Virus record (IMG/VR): IMGVR_UViG_2974499353_000001
Location: 40,721-104,720 of that record
Direction: 5' to 3' (one strand)
DNA length: 64,000 nucleotides
DNA from: a virus
Lineage: Duplodnaviria > Heunggongvirae > Uroviricota > Caudoviricetes > Ackermannviridae
Below the pieces are notes generated by a model. The model was given only the letters and a program-made list of their open reading frames with translations. It did no database searches and had not been told where the DNA came from. This document shows positions 45,136-54,605 of this stretch, piece by piece. Numbering within the stretch: position 1 is the stretch's first letter; the number at the start of each line of letters is the position of its first letter. The translations under genes were made by a program, and so were the position numbers.

Positions 45136-46358
45136 TTTTTCATCTTCTCTAACAGATTAATAGAACGAACGGGAGTCTTCTGTAATGGCTGATTAACTTC
45201 ACCACCATTATACCCCACCTTTCCTCGAGGTTTCTCCCCGCGCATCACCGCCTCAACGCAGCGGGTATATTTCTGAAGTTCACAGAACATGTTCTCCAAC
45301 TGCATAACATTCATGCAACGGTCTTCCGGTTCTTCTGCCGACCAAAATTCATTACGTTTATACCCGTACTGAGCGAACAATTGATCTTGATGATCACGAA
45401 CCCAGAATATGCATTCTTCATGCGTCATGCCGTCCTTGTCCAAAAATAACAGATCGATACCAGCACGGCAACCTGGACCAGCGATAGTGAAGTGGTTTTC
45501 ACTGAATGGATATTCATCGATGTATGTAAAATCAACCCAAATCTGGTATGCCAAGAATGGTCCAAGCCCCTCAATGTCGTCATACATCGCCTGGTAAACA
45601 GAGTCGGGACGGCTAAATTCCCTGAGGCGATCAAAGTAATGAGGGTGTTTGTTGACGAATGCCTTCAAAGATCGGATGACTCGCATCGGCATGTATGGTT
45701 CCCAGCCTTCTATTTTGTATTCACCAGGATTATCTTCGGCCAGCTTCTTGGCAACCTTGTAATCCATTTCATCTATAACACCGCCAACCCGATGGACTTT
45801 TACCTTCATGCCGCCAAAGCGTTGCTCCTTGTGGTTGACAACTAGTTCAGGGAAAGCCAGGCATTGTTTCAGACCGCCTGTATTAAACGCATTGGTGAAA
45901 ACTTTGCCACCTTTAGATTCGAATTCCTGAAGAACATCTCGACACCATTCAAGATTTATGTTTCCGAATTCTTCGATCGTCCATGGACCACCCAAAGCCT
46001 GTATAGGTTCCCACATGTTGTACATGCGGAACAATACACAGTTGAACATTTTGTCAGATAGCGTGAGATCCTGATCGAGGATGATATTATTGATCAAATT
46101 TCGAGACTGCCTATCGTGCTCTCTCCGCACGTTACAAAACTTGACTTGGCGTAATACCGGATTATCCGTCCATGGCGCTGGAAGGCATTGCACGTCCTTC
46201 TTGACATGTATCGCATAACGATCCCTCATCCATTCATATGCCAGCTGGCGGTGGAATGAACTTAACATAGGATGGGCTGATTTGATTTTGGTTTCACGGA
46301 CACCGCAATATGGGATGTCATGTGGTTTATCTTTCATGGTATCCTCTCTAGAATACAA
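45132..46358 (-). CDS. Orphan protein (408 aa)
   Basis: Clean ORF. Cys/His-rich. No motif assigned. Confidence 0.55.
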   Translation of the reverse strand: MYSREDTMKDKPHDIPYCGVRETKIKSAHPMLSSFHRQLAYEWMRDRYAIHVKKDVQCLPAPWTDNPVLRQVKFCNVRREHDRQSRNLINNIILDQDLTLSDKMFNCVLFRMYNMWEPIQALGGPWTIEEFGNINLEWCRDVLQEFESKGGKVFTNAFNTGGLKQCLAFPELVVNHKEQRFGGMKVKVHRVGGVIDEMDYKVAKKLAEDNPGEYKIEGWEPYMPMRVIRSLKAFVNKHPHYFDRLREFSRPDSVYQAMYDDIEGLGPFLAYQIWVDFTYIDEYPFSENHFTIAGPGCRAGIDLLFLDKDGMTHEECIFWVRDHQDQLFAQYGYKRNEFWSAEEPEDRCMNVMQLENMFCELQKYTRCVEAVMRGEKPRGKVGYNGGEVNQPLQKTPVRSINLLEKMKK

Positions 46359-46406
46359 AAACAGAGGCCATTATAGCCTCTGTTGTTTAGTGAATAACGG
46401 ATTATA

Positions 46407-47270
46407 TTAATCGAAGCGAGAGAGGTGTGTCACAGTGTTTTGAACAGGTGCGCACGCGTATACACGAACATTAGCACCCCACACCCCACACAGCTTAGGC
46501 ATATTGGTATCGTTAATGATATACGCTGGCACATAACTTTCAATTTGGCCGTTAACATCTACGGGTCGAGAAGATTTTTCAACTGCCATAGAAAGAATTA
46601 CTTCCAACGTTTTTGGAGATACCAACGCCACGCCGTTCATATCATCAACAAATACCTGACCTTCTTCAATTGCCATGCTGGCAACGATGTCATTGATCTG
46701 ACGGGAAGGGGTATTCGTCAGCATATCAGAGAAATCAGGCTCTTTGAACACAGCCATGTTTTTCAGGAATTTTCCTTTCGGATATTCTTTGCCATTCCAC
46801 ATCACAGTCTCATTCACTTTGATGCATGCCTGAGGGAATTCACCTTCAACGCGTAACTGGCCATCTGGGAAACCGCGTGAATAATAATATTCCAGTGCCG
46901 GACCGACTTCATCTTCTGAGCGAATAAATTTGCTCATGTTAGAGGCAAACACACGTTGTAAACATTCATCACCATTAAAACCAGCGATATGGGCCACGCC
47001 GTCATTAACAGTTGTGATATCACCCTGAGCGTCCATGATGGCTTTCAGGATTTTATCCATATCAACATCATCGGTGTCTTCTTTTGGAGTTGCCACCAGC
47101 TCAAGTTTGATGTCATGATCGAAATAAGCCGCTTCCAGTAATTCGCGGGTCTCTTCCAGAACCAGTTTGGCCTGATTGCGAATTTTACCGAAGTCAGGGG
47201 CTGTAATATCTCCAGCCGCATTACCAAAAGCCAAATTCAATCTCACGTTTTTATTAAATGTAGTTGTCAT
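46407..47270 (-). CDS. Protein with an N-terminal MazG-like NTP-pyrophosphohydrolase motif fused to an unknown C-terminal domain
   Basis: KLVLEETRELLEA followed by KAIMDAQGDI resembles the EExxE...D pattern. Weak assignment. Confidence 0.4.
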   Translation of the reverse strand: MTTTFNKNVRLNLAFGNAAGDITAPDFGKIRNQAKLVLEETRELLEAAYFDHDIKLELVATPKEDTDDVDMDKILKAIMDAQGDITTVNDGVAHIAGFNGDECLQRVFASNMSKFIRSEDEVGPALEYYYSRGFPDGQLRVEGEFPQACIKVNETVMWNGKEYPKGKFLKNMAVFKEPDFSDMLTNTPSRQINDIVASMAIEEGQVFVDDMNGVALVSPKTLEVILSMAVEKSSRPVDVNGQIESYVPAYIINDTNMPKLCGVWGANVRVYACAPVQNTVTHLSRFD

Positions 47271-47286
47271 AATATAGCGACTCCAG

Positions 47287-47751
47287 TTATTCGCTTTTTG
47301 CCCGACTTGGGCGAATAGTGTATTTTGGAACCAATTTCCACTCAGAAACTTGGTCATGTTTTACAACTTTGATCCGAGACATGTCAGCCACTTCGGTTAT
47401 TTGTTCCGGATGCAAGATCTTAACCATATTCCATTGCTCCAGAAGCCGTATAATCCGATTCATACGCAGGACATCTTCACGCGTAAAGCCGTTGTAGTGC
47501 CCATCTAGCATGAACAAATGCTTGAAATGCACGATGTGATATCTGCCAAATTTATGCAGGATATGGCACGTTTGATACAAGGTGTTAGGCTCTTGACGAG
47601 TGTTAACCCCTATCCGACTCAGCGTTTCCTTGATACCCAGGAAAATCCCTGGTTTGTCTTGGTTCAATTGAACTTCAACCATACAGTCAACAATGCTGGC
47701 CTCATCGTTGACAGCTGAAAGTTTTAAGATGTCCAGCGTATTACGCGCCAT
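47287..47751 (-). CDS. regA: Translational repressor RegA
   Basis: LYQTCHILHKFGRYHIVHFKHLFMLDG and EWKLVPKYTI are similar to T4 RegA. Confidence 0.85.
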   Translation of the reverse strand: MARNTLDILKLSAVNDEASIVDCMVEVQLNQDKPGIFLGIKETLSRIGVNTRQEPNTLYQTCHILHKFGRYHIVHFKHLFMLDGHYNGFTREDVLRMNRIIRLLEQWNMVKILHPEQITEVADMSRIKVVKHDQVSEWKLVPKYTIRPSRAKSE

Positions 47752-47780
47752 GACTCATACCCCTTTAACAATTATTTGAA

Positions 47781-48203
47781 TTACTTAGCCTTGCGCGGTT
47801 TGGCTTTTTCGTTGCTGTTGGAACGTTCGACCTTCGCCTTGATTTCAGCCAGGACTTCTTTCGGCAGGAATCGAACATATTCTGAAGCCTTTTCAGGACT
47901 GATGTAATAATACTCAGAAATCAATTTCACATCAGGATCCATAGCTCCCTTCTTAGACCACTTGTCATAGCGACGTTTTGCCGGAATGCTATGAAACGCC
48001 AGGTTCCATTGCATCCAAGGAGTAATGGCATGGAAGCGGTTCATTTGTTCAGCAACCACAAGCGTGTCTTTACTCTGAGCAAGGCCGCGCCGAGTCATGA
48101 AAGGATCAAATGCCTTTCTGATTTCGGGGTCTTCGGTCATCAACAGATTCTCTTTGGTGCTATTCAACGCACCGAGGTAATCGAACAGTGACGGAGCGGC
48201 CAT
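47781..48203 (-). CDS. 62: Clamp-loader small subunit gp62
   Basis: Position between 44 and regA. AKRRYDKWSKK versus T4 GKRYGKWAKL. Confidence 0.6.
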   Translation of the reverse strand: MAAPSLFDYLGALNSTKENLLMTEDPEIRKAFDPFMTRRGLAQSKDTLVVAEQMNRFHAITPWMQWNLAFHSIPAKRRYDKWSKKGAMDPDVKLISEYYYISPEKASEYVRFLPKEVLAEIKAKVERSNSNEKAKPRKAK

Positions 48204-48207
48204 AATA

Positions 48208-49197
48208 TTACTTCCATTTGATGTTGAGCATGACGTTAGTCAAGAAGTAAACGCCGTGTAACCAGACGTCGCCGACGGAACGATGTTCAATCTGAGACTG
48301 ACCACAGACACATACCAGATCAGGGATTGACTCTTTTTGAATCAAAGGAGTCTTTTCCTTGTTCTGGGGAACGCAGAAATGGAAGAAACGGGAATAAAAA
48401 TCTTCAGTGATGTAGTTTTGGTTGTCGGTCACCCACTGCTTCATCCCAGCCCAATCATTGGTTTTCAGGAAATCAACCAACGCTTGGAATTCCCCTGCTT
48501 TAACCTGTGCCAGAGCGCGTTCATCGATTTTACCAAACGTGGTGGCATTATCCTGAAGAGTTCCCATAATTTTGCGATTATCTGGGAAATATGCTTTCAC
48601 AATGGAAGCAATTACACCAGCTTCATACGGAATGCCTTCCTCTGTCAGGATAGTTGCGCAACGACGCATGAATTGGAGTTTAACTTCATCTGCTTCCTTT
48701 TCGGACCAGATAAAATCAATTTCACGACAGCGGGAACGCAGAGGTTCGTTAACGCGCTGTTTCGCATTAGTCGTCAGGATGAAGGAGCAGTTTTTGGAGA
48801 CTTTCTCTACGATGCCTTTCAGGGATTCCTGCGCCGCCATGGAAAGTCGCTCAACTTCATCGAGGATAACGACTTTGCGGCCACCGAAAACACTGACGCC
48901 AGTTGCGTATTGAATAACACGGTCACGGATGACATCAATGCTGTTATCCAGTGACGCATTGATCATCAACGGTTTGATACAACCGATTTCGTTGCACACA
49001 GCCAGAGCAGAAGTAGTCTTGCCCGTGCCAGGCTGAGGGGAATAGAACAGCATCGAGGGGATGTTTCCATTGCCTGATGTAACATAGCCATGGATTTTTG
49101 CACGGACGTCTGAAGGGAGGACGATCTCATCCAGATTGTCAGGGCGATATTTGTTTTCCCACGCGTATTGATCTGTGACGATAGTGATGTTAGACAT
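48208..49197 (-). CDS. 44: Clamp-loader large subunit gp44 (AAA+)
   Basis: Walker A motif SPQPGTGKTT, Walker B motif VVILDEVE, SRC motif RSRCREI. Confidence 0.85.
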   Translation of the reverse strand: MSNITIVTDQYAWENKYRPDNLDEIVLPSDVRAKIHGYVTSGNGNIPSMLFYSPQPGTGKTTSALAVCNEIGCIKPLMINASLDNSIDVIRDRVIQYATGVSVFGGRKVVILDEVERLSMAAQESLKGIVEKVSKNCSFILTTNAKQRVNEPLRSRCREIDFIWSEKEADEVKLQFMRRCATILTEEGIPYEAGVIASIVKAYFPDNRKIMGTLQDNATTFGKIDERALAQVKAGEFQALVDFLKTNDWAGMKQWVTDNQNYITEDFYSRFFHFCVPQNKEKTPLIQKESIPDLVCVCGQSQIEHRSVGDVWLHGVYFLTNVMLNIKWK

Positions 49198-49226
49198 TGC
49201 AGCCTCTTTAGATAAAACGTTTCAAA

Positions 49227-49245
49227 GGGCGGGGAAACCCCCGCC
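49227..49245 (-). promoter_or_regulatory. Hairpin GGGCGGGGAAACCCCCGCC between genes 45 and 44
   Basis: Perfect 7-bp stem. Confidence 0.45.
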
Positions 49246-49275
49246 ACCGATAATAAAGCGCCGAATCGTTATTGA

Positions 49276-49959
49276 TTAATCCAGCTGCATGCCGACGTAA
49301 TAGTTGATGGTGCCGTCTGCGGATTGGAAGTTAACCAGTTGCATTTCGGCACAGGCGCGGATCACGTAGTTGCCTTCGATCATTTTCAGGTTGACCACAT
49401 CAACAGGCATAGCAAAATCACCCAGAGTTGTTTCACCCAACTCAACAGTGTAATCGTTGGAATTGTCGATGGTCGTGGTCGTGCCCACCAGACGAGTTTT
49501 ACCGCCGCTGGCAACCAGACGTACAGTTTTGTGACCCAGAGTAGAACAGGCGCGAGTCAGCTCTTTCATTTTTTCAGGAGTGACCGTTGCTTCAAATTCT
49601 ACAGACGGAAGATCGATGCTGTCTGCCGGAACGACAGTCAGTTCTTTAGCGGAACGCCAGAATTGCAGTTGGGAGTTTTCACCTTTCAGCAAAATGTGGT
49701 CTTCCGACATTTCAATTTTACCGCCTTTAAAACTCGGCAGACGCTGGATTGCCAGCAATTTGGTCAGATCCAGAATCGGGAATTCGAACGGGAAGTCTTC
49801 GTCAATGTCGGCAATAGCGATAACTGTACTGGAATCGTTAACAGTGCGCAACTTTTTACCAGGTGCCAGAACGATAGAGGGGCAGATGGTTTCAAAGTTA
49901 GCCAGCAGTTGTAAAGTGCGTTCGGAGAGAGTGATCTCTTGCATTAGTTGTATCCTCAA
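49276..49959 (-). CDS. 45: Sliding clamp gp45
   Basis: Size 227 aa. Position upstream of 44 and 62. N-terminus similar to T4 gp45 (LSERTLQLLANFETICPSIVLAPGKKL versus T4 LSKDTTALLKNFATINSGIMLKSGQFI). Confidence 0.8.
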   Translation of the reverse strand: MRIQLMQEITLSERTLQLLANFETICPSIVLAPGKKLRTVNDSSTVIAIADIDEDFPFEFPILDLTKLLAIQRLPSFKGGKIEMSEDHILLKGENSQLQFWRSAKELTVVPADSIDLPSVEFEATVTPEKMKELTRACSTLGHKTVRLVASGGKTRLVGTTTTIDNSNDYTVELGETTLGDFAMPVDVVNLKMIEGNYVIRACAEMQLVNFQSADGTINYYVGMQLD

Positions 49960-50283
49960 AATATAGTGGGGTTCAAGTCATATTTGACGCAAATTAGTAT
50001 CGCGTGTTTGTAGTTATAGAACAAGTGATAAATTGCCCTACGTGCGATAAATAAATGCCTGACGGCATTTATAATATTCTGTTTTAATAAAACCTTTCTT
50101 TATCAGTCTACTCGCTTCGCTCGTGATAATACTCGTTGCTCGCAAAGCTCACAACTCGTATATTACGCACGGATTGTTCAACAAGAAAGCGATTTTTATT
50201 CAACAATTAAAATATTTTATTTGGTCTAAACAGAGCATGACATTATTATGTAGTCAAGTTTGCTAACACGTGAGAAATAATAT
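49960..50283. promoter_or_regulatory. AT-rich divergent control region with iteron-like repeats (TACTCGCTTCGCTCG, TACTCGTTGCTCGC) and a hairpin (AAATGCCTGACGGCATTT)
   Basis: Read directly. Possible promoter cluster for gene 45 and/or a replication origin. Confidence 0.35.
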
Positions 50284-50649
50284 ATGAAGCAATTTGTTGG
50301 TTTATACGCAGTAGGGGAAGACCAAGAAGCAATTCTTTCCATATCAGAACAACGTTCGTCATTAAAAGGCGTTTATTTACAAAGCCTTTTCTGTACATCG
50401 GGGTTTATTGTGTCACCGATGTTGGTGATACCATTACTCCCAAATAACAAAGGTCTGTATGTTGGCATTATTCAACAAGGCCAGGCGCGGGAAGTGAAAG
50501 TTGTTCCACTGCTGGCATCTAATGAAGAATTGTTTTCCCAGATTCTTGAGCCGAAAGTGCTACAACAATGTATTGGCACGATCGACTGTTTATTTGGATC
50601 CAACAAAGAAGGCGAGGCAACCCCCGCCTATGTGAATCAAGATCTTTGA
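50284..50649 (+). CDS. Hypothetical protein (121 aa)
   Basis: ORF track. Weak SD. Confidence 0.35.
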   Translation: MKQFVGLYAVGEDQEAILSISEQRSSLKGVYLQSLFCTSGFIVSPMLVIPLLPNNKGLYVGIIQQGQAREVKVVPLLASNEELFSQILEPKVLQQCIGTIDCLFGSNKEGEATPAYVNQDL

Positions 50650-50654
50650 AATGG

Positions 50655-52157
50655 TTAGAGCGCCACTTTTTTCATTTTAACAGGGTGGCGCTCCATAAGA
50701 TAAAATTTATATCTCTCATGAGAATGCCTGAGAGCATGGTTGTAGGAACCGTTGTAGCGCAGGTTGTCTACCAGGTCCCAGATTCGCGCAACATCCTTAG
50801 AGGAATGCTGGCGCATCAAACGCCCCAATGTCTGTATAACACGGATATAAGATTTGCTGGGATGGGCCAATATCAGATGATGGAGTTTTTTGATAGATAC
50901 GCCCTGTTGCATAGTACCATATGATGCCAACAGTGTTATATCTTCCCCTTCTTCCATAGCAGCCTGAATCTGTTTACGAACTTCTGTCTTGACTTCCCCG
51001 TTGATGACGAATACGTTTTTCTTGACTGCCGATAGCATTTCATAAACCAACATCATGTGTGCATCAATACGTTCGAACATGACTGCGACGTTCCCTTTCA
51101 AAGATAGAGCCATTCGGGCTATCAATTCATTGCGGCGTTCGTTAGCAATGAGGAATTCTATTTCCTTTTGATACTCAGCACCGTGCATTTCAATACAGTC
51201 TGCCATAGGATGTATGACTTCAATCATATTAACATTGATGTCTGCCGCATATCCTAGATCGATTAAATCGCGCGCTGTAATAATTTTATGATATGCGCCA
51301 AAGTGAGCAACGACTTGTAACCCTGCGACCTTTGTATTCGCCAGGGTTCCGGTTACTCCCAAACGTTGATCAGCGTTAATACAGTTGTTCAAGATGTAAG
51401 ACAATTTATCTGATTTTGATGTATGTACTTCGTCGACGACGATATCTCCAAATTGATGGAACCACTCTTTGGGTTGGTTCTGGATACCTTGCCAAGTTGA
51501 AATAACTATGGGTTTGAAAATCTCTTTCGTTGCCCCTTCGTATATTGTCTGGACGTTCATCAATGGCTTCCATTCTGTCCCGTGGCTATATTCTTCGAAG
51601 TTGTCATACAACTGAGTCACCAAATGAATGGATGGTACAACAATTAACGTCCTCAGATTACTTTCGAGGGCATCTCTGCGTTGCCTGTAGTAACGCGCCA
51701 TGATGTACAAAATAAAGGATTTGCCAGCACTCGTGGCAGCTTCGAGGACACATCTGCTTTGGCGTATTGCTGTGGCAACAGAATCAAATTGATAATCGCG
51801 GACAATCGCTTTTTGATATTGTTTGTTTTCGTCTCGGTACACCGCATTCAATGTATCGATGAACGCATGAATTTCTTCATCCGGAATATCTTGAATATAT
51901 TTTAAGGTCGGATCTAATTTGATGGTGTAACCGTTCATCTTACAGAATTTGAACACCTCAAATAACAGGCCGATGTCGATAAGCCCAGAACTCTTTGTGA
52001 ACAGCCGCACTACGCCGTCCCATTTACTGAACGGATTCGGTTGGAAATTAGGATCTTCAAATTTGAAGTAATCGTTGAGTTCTTCACGGATATAATCCTC
52101 GGCAAGGATCCGCATTCTAACTTCGTTCACTTTGACTATTTGGATCTCAGACATCAC
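50655..52157 (-). CDS. uvsW: UvsW SF2 helicase
   Basis: Walker A motif AATSAGKS, DEVH box, GVSIKKLHHLILAH...IQTLGRLMR versus T4 UvsW GISVKNLHHVVLAH...LQTIGRVLR. Confidence 0.85.
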   Translation of the reverse strand: MMSEIQIVKVNEVRMRILAEDYIREELNDYFKFEDPNFQPNPFSKWDGVVRLFTKSSGLIDIGLLFEVFKFCKMNGYTIKLDPTLKYIQDIPDEEIHAFIDTLNAVYRDENKQYQKAIVRDYQFDSVATAIRQSRCVLEAATSAGKSFILYIMARYYRQRRDALESNLRTLIVVPSIHLVTQLYDNFEEYSHGTEWKPLMNVQTIYEGATKEIFKPIVISTWQGIQNQPKEWFHQFGDIVVDEVHTSKSDKLSYILNNCINADQRLGVTGTLANTKVAGLQVVAHFGAYHKIITARDLIDLGYAADINVNMIEVIHPMADCIEMHGAEYQKEIEFLIANERRNELIARMALSLKGNVAVMFERIDAHMMLVYEMLSAVKKNVFVINGEVKTEVRKQIQAAMEEGEDITLLASYGTMQQGVSIKKLHHLILAHPSKSYIRVIQTLGRLMRQHSSKDVARIWDLVDNLRYNGSYNHALRHSHERYKFYLMERHPVKMKKVAL

Positions 52158-52183
52158 TAATTTCCCCCAATATTATGGAGTAT

Positions 52184-52957
52184 TTAGCGATCCGCCCAGA
52201 TTCCTTTCTGTTCTTTGTCCATTTTGTGATACAGACGGACACGGTCAAACATTTTAGAAATAACGTCTTTGCGATCGAATTCGATTATGGTGGGAACAAG
52301 GGCATTTTCGTTGGATATAATATTGATTAAACGCTCTATCTTGACATTAAACATTTGTTGAAACATGACTGAGTATAGACACAATTGAATACTATAATCT
52401 TCTATCATGCTTCGAGTTTTTAGGGTGTTAGATGTTTTGAAATCGATTATGCTTGGAATTCCTTCGTAAACCCCGATGAGGTCAACACGACCAGCAAGAC
52501 CCAGGACTTCGCTATATAATGGAATCTCTTGTGCATATATCTTGCTCATTTTGTTAAGGTAGGGGAAAACCTGTTTGAACATAAACACGTATTCCCCTGC
52601 AGCTTCCAGAACTTCCTTCATTGGTCTGTTTTTGAGATACAACTCACAAGCCAAATGAAGTTTTTCCCCACGGTCTGCGCAACGATGTGTTTCTATATCA
52701 GCAGCTTCATGCCCCAACTTGTCCCGCCAGGCTTCTAACCATGTGTGGTCACCAGTACGCCCTAACATGGTCGTCACTGAAGTTAGTTTGACTCCAGTGG
52801 GGGAAACATAGTGACGACCATTTTCGGTAGTTACGCAAGTCAGTTCCTTGAACGGCAAGGAATATTGCTGAAATGTATGATGACGATTTTCAAAGTCATT
52901 AAGTTTGCGCAAAGCCTGTAGAGAAACCATTACATCCCATCCAAATATTTTCGCCAA
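52184..52957 (-). CDS. PD-(D/E)xK exonuclease (Cas4/RecB/lambda-exo-like)
   Basis: Motifs GRVDLIGV and SIIDFKTS. The start may be the internal ATG near 52930. Confidence 0.55.
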   Translation of the reverse strand: MAKIFGWDVMVSLQALRKLNDFENRHHTFQQYSLPFKELTCVTTENGRHYVSPTGVKLTSVTTMLGRTGDHTWLEAWRDKLGHEAADIETHRCADRGEKLHLACELYLKNRPMKEVLEAAGEYVFMFKQVFPYLNKMSKIYAQEIPLYSEVLGLAGRVDLIGVYEGIPSIIDFKTSNTLKTRSMIEDYSIQLCLYSVMFQQMFNVKIERLINIISNENALVPTIIEFDRKDVISKMFDRVRLYHKMDKEQKGIWADR

Positions 52958-53385
52958 TCAATAGCATTCTTCACTTCATATCCGAGTTTGTTCAAACGAT
53001 CTAAGCAACTTTCGATGAACTTGACTTTGGCTTTCTGCTCTTGAAGCATGCTAGACAATTCGATATAATCATCATCTGCTTTTACCCATACGTCTATATC
53101 AGATTTCAGGGGGCGAACTTTTAATGGACGTTCAACATAAACGTTGGGTGGCAATTCCCCTGCATAAAATCGGCGTAAATAGAGATCTATTTGGCGGAAT
53201 TTGCCAGTTAGATACTCCAGATATCTTCCTTCACGAATATAATGGCGTTGCACAGTCATCCACGAACGACCAATTTTCAATGACATTTGGTCTAAGTTCA
53301 TGTCTTCAGGATTTACCGAAATAAGAGGTTCCAATTCTGCCATTATATCTTCGGTTTTCATCGTTTCAAGTTTTGTTTCGCTCAT
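52930..53385 (-). CDS. uvsY: Recombination mediator UvsY
   Basis: KSDIDVWVKADDDYIELSSML...KFIESCLDRLNKLGYEVKNAI follows the same pattern as T4 UvsY. Adjacent to uvsW. Confidence 0.7.
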   Translation of the reverse strand: MSETKLETMKTEDIMAELEPLISVNPEDMNLDQMSLKIGRSWMTVQRHYIREGRYLEYLTGKFRQIDLYLRRFYAGELPPNVYVERPLKVRPLKSDIDVWVKADDDYIELSSMLQEQKAKVKFIESCLDRLNKLGYEVKNAIDWRKYLDGM

Positions 53386-53423
53386 GATTTATTCCCTGCT
53401 GTTTCAACTCTCTGTATTATAAC

Positions 53424-53921
53424 TTATTGTTTATCAATTTCGCGGGTGACGCGAGTCGGAGTCAGTTTCAAATATTTGAACGTAACAGTCGTGACCAGTT
53501 GGGGAACTGCAGCATCCACATCCACCAATACGTTATCCAAAGCTGTGGGACGGGCTTCTTCCAACAACAATTGTAGACCAACAGGGCGGTTCATGTTATC
53601 AAGAAGGTCGATGGTGATGTCACGGCTAACAGCTAAATCAGATCCAGCATTGGACGCAATCCAATTGTAAATCTGTTCCCAGTTGTACCAACTCTCATCG
53701 ATAACGAACGTAAATACGATGGGGTCATACGTGAGACGTTCTGAAGGTATGGAGTTGAGCACATCGCCAGGGGATGGACCCTCGATACCTTCAGAATACA
53801 CTCCAGGAATACTGAAGTCATGTATTGAACGAGTAAGCAATATCAGGTCTCCGATAGTTAAGCGCCATTTATCGGAAGCCGCGAAATTAGGATTTTCGTT
53901 TTTGAATTGTACACCTGTCAT
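53424..53921 (-). CDS. Tail-tube-fold protein (gp19 paralog; gp3, gp54 or gp48-like)
   Basis: The C-terminal pattern VGLQLLLEE...LVDVDAAV...VTTVTFKYL parallels the gp19 motif WTLQGGWPQNLGQLELDMSAMDSYTQFTVDLRY. Confidence 0.4.
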   Translation of the reverse strand: MTGVQFKNENPNFAASDKWRLTIGDLILLTRSIHDFSIPGVYSEGIEGPSPGDVLNSIPSERLTYDPIVFTFVIDESWYNWEQIYNWIASNAGSDLAVSRDITIDLLDNMNRPVGLQLLLEEARPTALDNVLVDVDAAVPQLVTTVTFKYLKLTPTRVTREIDKQ

Positions 53922-53984
53922 GTTAGCACCTTTGCTGTGGAGAACGTTTTAGTGTTCCTGACACGCGGATTCAGAAAATGGATC

Positions 53985-54605
53985 ATGACGATGATAATGG
54001 TGCTTGCACTCACAAGTTGCCGTATCTTTGTCACGTCCGTCATTTCTGTAACCGACCTCTGGGATCCTGAAATCAGAACCATACCTGTTAACATCTCAGC
54101 CGACATTGATAAATGCAATAAAAATATTCTGAATCAAGTAGTATCTGATTTTCAGAACTTCCAGACTCTTCAAGCTGTTGGTTGTTTTGATGATAACAAC
54201 CAGTCACTGAGACCATACTGGAAAACCACGATTCCCCTATTGAGGAAAGGTGACGAAGGAAAGATCCCATATCTATCCGCAAGTATTTATTACTCTCAGA
54301 ATAATAGCATCATAGCGACTTTCAACCCTTCTTTCTTTGACAAACTCAGAAGGAATACTCAAGCAAGGGACGTAGAAATCACCAGAGACGTTGCAATATC
54401 ATTTCAGATAGTTAATAACACCAAATCTCCGATCCGAATTGCCACTCAGGGTGTTTTCGTTAATGGATCTGCTGTGGGTAATGAAATGAACATCTATGAA
54501 ATAAGACCAGGCGGTAAAGTATGGATTCGAATGAGTGATGTTGGGGTGAACTCCCTGGTGATGGAAGGTATCGAACCAGTGGGAGTTCTCCCCGCTAGAC
54601 ATTGA
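53985..54605 (+). CDS. Putative lipoprotein (about 206 aa)
   Basis: Lipobox MTMIMVLALTSC. Start uncertain: the track starts at a TTG at 53907 and no strong SD is present. Confidence 0.4.
   Translation: MTMIMVLALTSCRIFVTSVISVTDLWDPEIRTIPVNISADIDKCNKNILNQVVSDFQNFQTLQAVGCFDDNNQSLRPYWKTTIPLLRKGDEGKIPYLSASIYYSQNNSIIATFNPSFFDKLRRNTQARDVEITRDVAISFQIVNNTKSPIRIATQGVFVNGSAVGNEMNIYEIRPGGKVWIRMSDVGVNSLVMEGIEPVGVLPARH

Noticed and set aside
50284-50649. RpbA identity for the 121-aa plus-strand ORF next to gene 45
   Set aside because: It lies on the opposite strand to gene 45, whereas T4 rpbA is co-directional with gene 45, and no sequence similarity was noted. Kept only as a low-confidence hypothetical.
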